From the NCBI GenBank assembly GCA_963743045.1, contig CAVUOF010000009.1:63829-127828 (forward strand): a DNA stretch of 64,000 nt, written 5' to 3'. Below the pieces are notes generated by a model that had not been told where the DNA came from, did no database searches, and saw only the letters and a program-made list of their open reading frames with translations. Source of the DNA: an uncultured Acidobacteriota bacterium (GTDB lineage Bacteria > Acidobacteriota > Blastocatellia > RBC074). The number at the start of each line of letters is the position of its first letter. Position 1 is the stretch's first letter. The position numbers and the translations under genes were made by a program. Of this stretch, positions 57,375 through 64,000 are shown piece by piece.

Positions 57375-60300
57375 ATGCATAACAACAAGGCTCGGGCGAT
57401 AATCCTCCTGGCACTAGTGTCGGTCAGTTCGGCCCTTGCGCAAGCGCCGGCTGGAAGCATCGCCGGCGTGGTCACGGACCCGACCGGCGCGCCTGTGCCA
57501 GGCGCGCATGTCAGCATTGTCAATAGCGACAGCGGACTGACACGTAATCTCGTTACCTCAAAGGATGGCAATTACAGCGCGGCGTCATTGCCATCTGGTA
57601 TTTACCTGGTGACGGCGGAAGCCGAAGGATTTCGTTTGCTGGAACGTAAAGCCACCGTCGAGGTTGGGACGACAACCACTGTCAATCTCGCGCTCCTGGT
57701 TGGCGCGTTGAATGATCAAGTGATAGTGACTGTCGCCACTCCCCTGATCCATTACGACCATCATCAGCTAGGTGGTCTGGTCAGCCACGCGGAGATCGAA
57801 AGGCTGCCGCTCAACGGGCGAAACGTCCTGGAATTGGCCAAGCTGGAGCCCGGCGTGACCAATCCGGTAAGGGGTACGAATAACCGCACCTTTGTGGGGA
57901 TTCTCGGTTCCGGCCTCCAAACGAACCCGCGTATCGGATTTACGCGCGTCACAGTGGATGGTGCCGATATCAACCTGATTGGGACCATCGGAGCAGCGCT
58001 GCAGGTTTCTCAAGAGGCGACGCAGGAGTTCCAGGTCTCGACTGTCAACTTCGACCTTTCAACCAGCCTGACGTCGAATGGCGCGATCAATATCGTGACC
58101 CGCGCCGGGGGTAACGATTATCACGGGAGCGGCTTCTACTTCTACCGGGACCACAACCTGGCCGCCTATCCCGGTCTACGGCGTGACCCGAGCAATCCGG
58201 ATCCTTTCTTTCAGCGGCGCCAGTTCGGCCTTCAGATCGGCGGTCCCATTCGCAAAGACCGCGCCTTCATCTTCTCCAGCTACGAGCGCAACGACCAGCG
58301 TGGTGTCCTCTCCATCCAACCGTCCACTCTCGAGTTTGCCGCGCTCGGAGGAATCTTCCCGAGTCCTTTTCTCGGTAACCAGTTCAACGTTCGCGTCGAT
58401 GTGCGGCTTCATCCCAACTACAATGCGTTCGTTCGCTATACGCATGATGGCAACAGTCTCTTTGGACCGTTCGATGGCCAGAACGATGCTTTACCTTCAG
58501 GCTGGTCCCGCATCAAAAACTGGGTCGATCAGAGCATTGTCGGCCTGACGAGTGTAGTGAGTGCCGAACTGGTTAACGACCTGCGCTTCTCCTACTTCTT
58601 CATCAGTTCGCCGGAGACTCCGGCGAGCGCCAGGGATTGTCCTGGTTGCCTGGGCGTCGGAGGTCCGCAAATAGAGATTCAGGATGCTGAGGTGTTGTTT
58701 GGCCCGCAGCGCAGGCTTTCCTTCGTCGGACGGCGCTATGAGGTAACAGACAGCCTGGTATGGCAACGAGGCAATCATCGCGCCCGCTTTGGCTTCGATT
58801 GGGAGCACGCCACGGCTTCAAGCCAGGCAATCACGAGTGAGCCTGCGTCGATCGAGCTTTATTCCCCGCAGGAGGTGCGGAATTTCAATGCAACCGTGCC
58901 TCCCGGAGACCAGATCCCCTCCCGTCCTCGTTCCTCACGCTGGGCGACATTCTGCGGCTTCCGATGGTTAGCTTTCAGACCAGCGTCGGCCCTGCCCTGG
59001 CTCTCCAACGTGATTTTCGCAAGTACCGCGTGATCGACCTCTACCGCCTCTATGCCGGAGACACATGGCGCGTCAGCTCACGCCTGACTCTGAATTATGG
59101 TTTGGCCTGGTCTTACGAACCGAACAGTCTCAACACGGACCTCACGAAGCCGACACTGCTGACCGCTGTTCTGGGCGCGGACGGTCTCAATCCCCCTGTT
59201 GCGCAAACCATCAATCTCTCTCCGACTTTTGGATTTGTCTGGACTGTGAATCATAATGGCAAGACAGTGGTTCGCGGTGGCGCTGCCCGCTACTTCGATC
59301 CTGTCAGCTTCAATTCGGTCAGTATCGCGAGCGAACGACTCGCGCTGTCTCCCGCAGGCACAGGCCAAAGGGCGGACATTCCTGGTTCAGGCATCTTCTA
59401 TCAAGGACGCGCGCTTGATTTCCCGGAGGGACCGACCACTTTTACTGGCGCGGGATCTGGTTGCCATCCTGCCAGCCATTCGCTCGGAGTTGCTGACACA
59501 ACTCAATCCGGATAATCGCGATTTTACATTCCGCAACCTCGACCTGGACAAGTCCGGATCGAATCTGTCGGATCCCTTTTACGAAACCCCGTACGCCTTG
59601 CACTTCAGCTTGGGCGTGCAGCGGGAGTTGACTCGCGACCTCGTTCTTTCAGCCGACTTTGCCTGGCGCCGCTTCCTGCATACGTTCCTCCCGGGAATTG
59701 ACTACAACGGCTTCGACAGGCAACCGCAGGGACCGGTGATTCCAGCTTGCACAGACGCCCAACGAGAGAATGTGACGGCGGTCTGTTCCAGCGGGCCGAT
59801 CACATTTGACAATACCTCCGGCATCGCCGAGTACAAAGGGTTGCTTGTGCGCCTTGAGAAGCGTTTCTCGCACCGGACGCAGTTTGTGGCCTCCTACGCG
59901 CTGGGGACCTACAAGGGAACCAACGGCCCAAGTGGCCTCGGCTTCAACAACGATAACTGGTTCGAGAACTACGGTCCATTGCCGACCGACTTGCGCCACA
60001 CGCTGAATCTCTCCGGCTTCCTCGACTTGCCGCGTCAGTTCCAAGTCTCCTTCAATGTCTCCGCGTATAGCCGGCCGCCCTTCTCGGCGTTCGTCAACGG
60101 AATGGATTTCAACGGCGACGGCACTGTAAATGATCTGCTGCCCGGCACAAGAGTGAATCAGTTCAATCGCGGGTTTGGCAAAGATGACCTGGCACAGCTG
60201 GTGGAGCGTTACAACCAGGAATTTGCCGGCAAGACGACAGTCGGCGGTCAGACAGCGACAAAGCTGACACTACCTAAGAATTATGCATTGAACGACGGTT

Positions 60301-60530
60301 TCTTTACCCAGGACTTGCGTTTGAGCCGTATATTCTCGCTCGGCAGCGAGTCGAAGCGCCTGGTTTTGTTTGGCGAAGTCTTCAATCTGCTCAACACCGC
60401 AAATCTTGTCCAGTACAGCAGCAACATCGCCAACCAGGGTGCGTTCGGTCAGCCCGGCTCGCGGTTTACCCAGATCTTCGGCTCCGGCGGTCCCCGAGCT
60501 TTTCAGCTGGGGGCACGCATAAGTTTTTGA
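57375..60530 (+). pseudogene. TonB-dependent outer-membrane receptor with N-terminal carboxypeptidase-regulatory-like domain; two frame changes
   Basis: ATG at 57375 (MHNNKARAIILLALVSVSSALAQ). GSIAGVVTDPTGAPVPGAHVSIVNSDSGLTRNLVTSKDGNYSAASLPSGIY, LPLNGRNVLELAKLEPGV, terminal ...FQLGARISF*. Junctions at 58916 (cccc run) and about 59450. Confidence 0.8.
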
Positions 60531-60534
60531 AGTG

Positions 60535-62397
60535 TTACTGTAGACCGACCTTCCTGCGAAAGGCCGGCAGGCGGGGATCATCGCGGATGAGAGCCAGTTC
60601 CGGATAACTGATATAATGTCGGACCAGCGGATCCTTGTTGGCGGCCATGCCCTCCAGGGCCTCAAACACCCGGTCCTTGTCACATAAGCCGGCGTAAATA
60701 AACGCCAGGCGTCTTGGGAAAACGGGCATTCTTCACGGCCAGGGCCTCAGCTTCAGCGCGCCGCCCCGTAATGGCGTAGGCATAGCCGAGCTGAGAATCG
60801 GACGACCGTCGATTGCCTCAAGGATCGCGATTGCCTCGGCAGGCTGGCCCTTCTGCAGGAGTCCTCGCGCGAGGTGCACCTTTATAATCTCGTTGTGGGG
60901 GTCCTTATCGAGTGCCTGGCGGCAACTGACAATCCCTTCCTCGTAACGGCCGGCGTTAATAAGAACCATCCCTCTGGTGAACCGAACCCCCGGGGACAAT
61001 GGATCGGCCCTCTCCGCCTTGTCCAGTTGATTGAGAGCCTCATCCACCCTGCCAGCCGGTGCGAGCACCGTATAAGCCAGTTGTAGGTACGCGCTGGTGA
61101 GGTTTGGACTCAGTTCCGTGGCGCGCCGAAAGGCTTTTTCGGCGTTCACCCAGTCCATCTCACGTGTATAGACCAATCCCATTGCCGAGTAGCCTTCGGC
61201 CAGCAGTGGATCCAATATCAGCGCTCTTTCGGCGTTAGGTCGCATGTGAGCGTAGGCCACGTTTGGATCGATATGACCATCATGCACATTTGTTGAAAGA
61301 AAGTCGTACGCATCAGAAATGCCTGCATAGGCCGGCGCAAAGGATGCATCTTTGGCGATTACCTGGTTGAACAGCCCGATGCTGGTGGTCCAGTCCTCAT
61401 TACCGGTCGAGAGCAGCAAACCCTGCGCCTTCAAGTACAGATCATAGGCTTCGAAATTGGTTTCATAGCGGCGCCGTCCCCGACCCAGCTTAAGACGCAG
61501 TTCGTTGACGATTGACCGGGAAATCTCATCCTGAATGGCGAAGATGTCCTTCAACTCACGATCGAACCGGTCAGACCAGAGCGTCGCGTCATCGGCCACG
61601 CGGACGAGCTGCACGTTGATGCGCACCCGCCCGTCTACCCGCAGCACCGATCCCTCCAACGCCAGGTTGGCCTTGAGTTGCTCACCAATCTCACGGAGGT
61701 TCCGCGGCTTATCCTTGAAATAGAAGGATGAAGTCTGCGACCTTACTTCCATCCCCTCGATCAGTGAAAGGTTCCGGATGATCTCTTCTGTCAGGCCGTC
61801 AACAAAATGCTCGCTCTCGCGTTCAGTGCTAAGGTTCTTGAGCGGAAGAACTGCGATCACGGGTGCGGATGATGCAGACTTGCGATGGGCCAGCCACCGG
61901 AATCCGAAAAGTATTGCGGCGGCCAGCAGGACAACAACTCCAGCGGTGAGACATATCCGTCGCCACGACCAGAACTGCGGAGCGTCCGAGTCTTCGTCGC
62001 TGAGACTCATCTGTTCAACAGCAACGGGTTTATCCTGCGGCAGTTCCAGATCATTGCTTCCGACCGGCGTCACCTCCGAGACCACGGCGACAAAACGATA
62101 GCCCCGCTTCGGCACTGTTTCGATAAGCGGATCCCCATTTTCACCGATCGTTTTCCTGAGAATTGAAATGTTGTTGGCGAGGTTGACCTCCTCAACCACC
62201 GTGTCGGGCCAGACCGCTTTCATCAACTCATCTTTTTCCAATAAGTGCCCGTGACTCTCGACCAGCACGAGCAGCAGATCGAATACTTTAGGCTGTAGCA
62301 GGATAACCTTCCCCTGACGGGTCAGAAGGTGCTCGCCGGCGTCCAGGCGATAGGGGCCGAATTCATAAATGTGATCCGTTTTATGGGTCACTACCAC
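60535..62397 (-). pseudogene. CadC/ToxR-like one-component regulator: OmpR-type winged helix + TM + periplasmic TPR domain; two compensating frame changes near the 3' end
   Basis: GTG at 62397. YEFGPYRLDAGEHLLTRQGKVILLQPKVFDLLLVLVESHGHLLEKDELMKAVWPD...VPKRGYRF. TM segment: ICLTAGVVVLLAAAILFGF. TPR helices follow. ORFs 60733..62397 and 60535..60729 share a frame, but 60722..60795 reads better in another frame (LGYAYAITGRRAEAEALAVKNA). Confidence 0.75.
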
Positions 62398-62685
62398 TCC
62401 ACAAAGCGCTTAGATTACTTCCCTGAACTTTCCCTGAAAAATGGCTGACGTGAGCAGAAGACTTTGCCGCAGCGTGAGCGTACCTTCCGCAGCAGGATGA
62501 GCCAATAAAGTGCTTGTGAGTACGGGTCATTCTGAGGTGGCGAGACCGCTAGCGTCAAGGGTAGCCTTGCGGGAAGGGCATCTCAGCCGTGCCCTTCGAA
62601 AGTAGTAACGAGCCTTGTTGGCATCACGGTAACCCCCGGGATAGCACCTAACAAGGCGTTTCCCCTAAACCAACAAGGAGATCAT

Positions 62686-63348
62686 GTGAAAGGAACAGCC
62701 GTAAACCGCGTAACTCTCCTGATGTGCTGTGTCGCACTCGCGGCCCTCATGCCAGCAATGCGGGCCAGTGCGCAGGAGCGTGTCGAAACTCCGCAGCAGA
62801 ACATCAGGTCTGAGCAGGCCTTGAGTCCATTCTTCCGTCCACGACCCGATCAGATAACAACGGTGCGGCCTGTCGTGGGTCTCCCTGATCTTTCTGTCCT
62901 GCCTTCTGAAGGCAGCATACTTGTTAGAACAGCGGATGGGGTGTTTGGCACAATACACGGCTCCGGACTGATCCCGGGAACTGTCGTCACGGCTTGGTTT
63001 GTGGTCTTCAACAACCCCGGGAACTGTGCTGCTCTCATTTGTTCTGCTGCCGATCTTTCCAACCCCGATGTCCAGGGATCACTCCTGCATTTGTCAGGCA
63101 AAATCGTCGGCCCGGATGGGGTCGAGACCTTTGGCGCATTCCGAGCAGTCGGCGATACCACGCGGTTACAACTGGGTCCGGGTTTGCTCGCGCCATTCAC
63201 CGCCCAGATCCATATGGCCTTGCGGACGCATGGTCCAGCGATCGTCAATGATCCGGATACATTGAAACAACAGCTGACCACGTTCAACGGAGGTTGCCCA
63301 CCAAACAACTGCGCGACCGTGCAGTCATCGATTCACGAGCAGCAATAG
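62686..63348 (+). CDS. secreted hypothetical protein
   Basis: AAGGAG RBS and GTG at 62686, signal peptide VKGTAVNRVTLLMCCVALAALMPAMRASAQ. Intact 220 aa with four conserved-looking Cys (NPGNCAALIC, GGCPPNNC). Confidence 0.5.
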   Translation: MKGTAVNRVTLLMCCVALAALMPAMRASAQERVETPQQNIRSEQALSPFFRPRPDQITTVRPVVGLPDLSVLPSEGSILVRTADGVFGTIHGSGLIPGTVVTAWFVVFNNPGNCAALICSAADLSNPDVQGSLLHLSGKIVGPDGVETFGAFRAVGDTTRLQLGPGLLAPFTAQIHMALRTHGPAIVNDPDTLKQQLTTFNGGCPPNNCATVQSSIHEQQ

Positions 63349-63360
63349 CGACAACAATGG

Positions 63361-63401
63361 CACTGCAGAGAGTGCTGTAAAGCACGCCGCTCTCTGCAGT
63401 G
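63361..63401 (+). terminator. 12-bp stem hairpin after the stop at 63348 (no clear U-run)
   Basis: CACTGCAGAGAG (63361..63372) pairs with CTCTCTGCAGTG (63390..63401). Confidence 0.35.
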
Positions 63402-63436
63402 TATCGGCAATTCTTCTCAGCCAAAGGAGGCCTTCA

Positions 63437-64000
63437 TTGAAAGACGATCAGCAAAATTTTCGCGAGCGGGCCTCAAGCCGACGGCGATTCCTCACCAATG
63501 TAGGAGGAGTAACGGCCGCAGTTTTGGGCACTGCTGTGGTCCCTGGATCTGGGGTTCAGGCGCTGAACGACGGCCAATTGCTTGGGGGCAAGGAGCTCGC
63601 CGGCGCAGCCTCGAACCGCTGTCTGCGGTCCGCCACCTATCGGACCAACATGGCCGCGAGAGCTCGCAATCGGGCACTCGTCTACCATACGAACAACGGT
63701 GACGAAGACTTCTATCAAAACAAAATTGGCAGCTACACCAAGGCGCTCCCACACAATGCCCTGGGAGAGGTTGACCTTGCCGCCTACGCCGCACTGGCAA
63801 AGGCAATCGATACAGAACAGCCGGTAGACTTCGATGCCATTACTCTCGGCCTTGGGCGCAAGCTGACCAGCCCTCAAGCCGGTCTGGCAATGGACCTCGA
63901 AGGTCCGGATTCACATCACGTGACGTTGCCGCCGGCGCCACGTCTCAATAGCGCTGAAGAAGCCGGAGAAGCAGTCGAGCTCTACTGGATGTCCCTTGCC
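63437..64000 (+). CDS. vanadium-dependent haloperoxidase / PAP2-superfamily protein, Tat signal; 5' part only (runs off the window)
   Basis: AAAGGAGG then TTG at 63437. SSRRRFLTNVGGVTAAVLG, YTKALPHNALGEVDLAAYAALAKAI, PQAGLAMDLEGPD, PPAPRLNSAEEAGEAVELYWMSL. Open to position 64000 and not in the ORF track because there is no stop. Confidence 0.6.
   Translation, partial: MKDDQQNFRERASSRRRFLTNVGGVTAAVLGTAVVPGSGVQALNDGQLLGGKELAGAASNRCLRSATYRTNMAARARNRALVYHTNNGDEDFYQNKIGSYTKALPHNALGEVDLAAYAALAKAIDTEQPVDFDAITLGLGRKLTSPQAGLAMDLEGPDSHHVTLPPAPRLNSAEEAGEAVELYWMSLA

Overview
This is a chromosomal segment from a GC-rich bacterium (about 58-60% GC, judged by eye). It is very probably an Acidobacteriota of the Solibacter/Bryobacter type. 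The markers for that are two proteins ending in the Solibacter-type C-terminal domain (TIGR03437-like), an ADOP-type duplicated MacB-like permease, a TIGR02999/ECF43-type sigma factor translationally coupled to a Ser/Thr kinase, and a CarboxypepD_reg-type TonB-dependent receptor. I call about 47 protein genes: secreted proteases, glycan/alginate/sulfate-ester/phosphodiester hydrolases, PQQ/GMC/molybdo-oxidoreductases, Mg2+/metal transporters and regulators. I found no rRNA, tRNA, CRISPR array, transposase or integrase. Two properties dominate the window. (1) Almost every intergenic region carries GC-rich palindromic repeat elements of at least five sequence families. They usually occur as inverted arm pairs around a variable core and often lie directly at gene 3' ends. 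(2) About 19 genes have interrupted reading frames (roughly 35 single-base frame changes plus one clean in-frame TGA). This is either indel-type assembly error or real decay, and the sequence alone cannot decide which. The loci I rate most worth follow-up are: a pore-less MgtE-type Mg2+ sensor gene directly upstream of an NRAMP-fold transporter with a non-canonical metal site (16507..19164); a radical-SAM-derived barrel/SPASM-like protein that lacks the CxxxCxxC cluster and is joined to a Cys-free unknown domain (39967..41159); a compositionally foreign, fully intact 1296-aa kinase/STAND-ATPase/TPR gene bracketed by repeat arms (42897..46787); and the repeat families themselves. All family names come from motif recognition by eye and memory. 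No database search was run.
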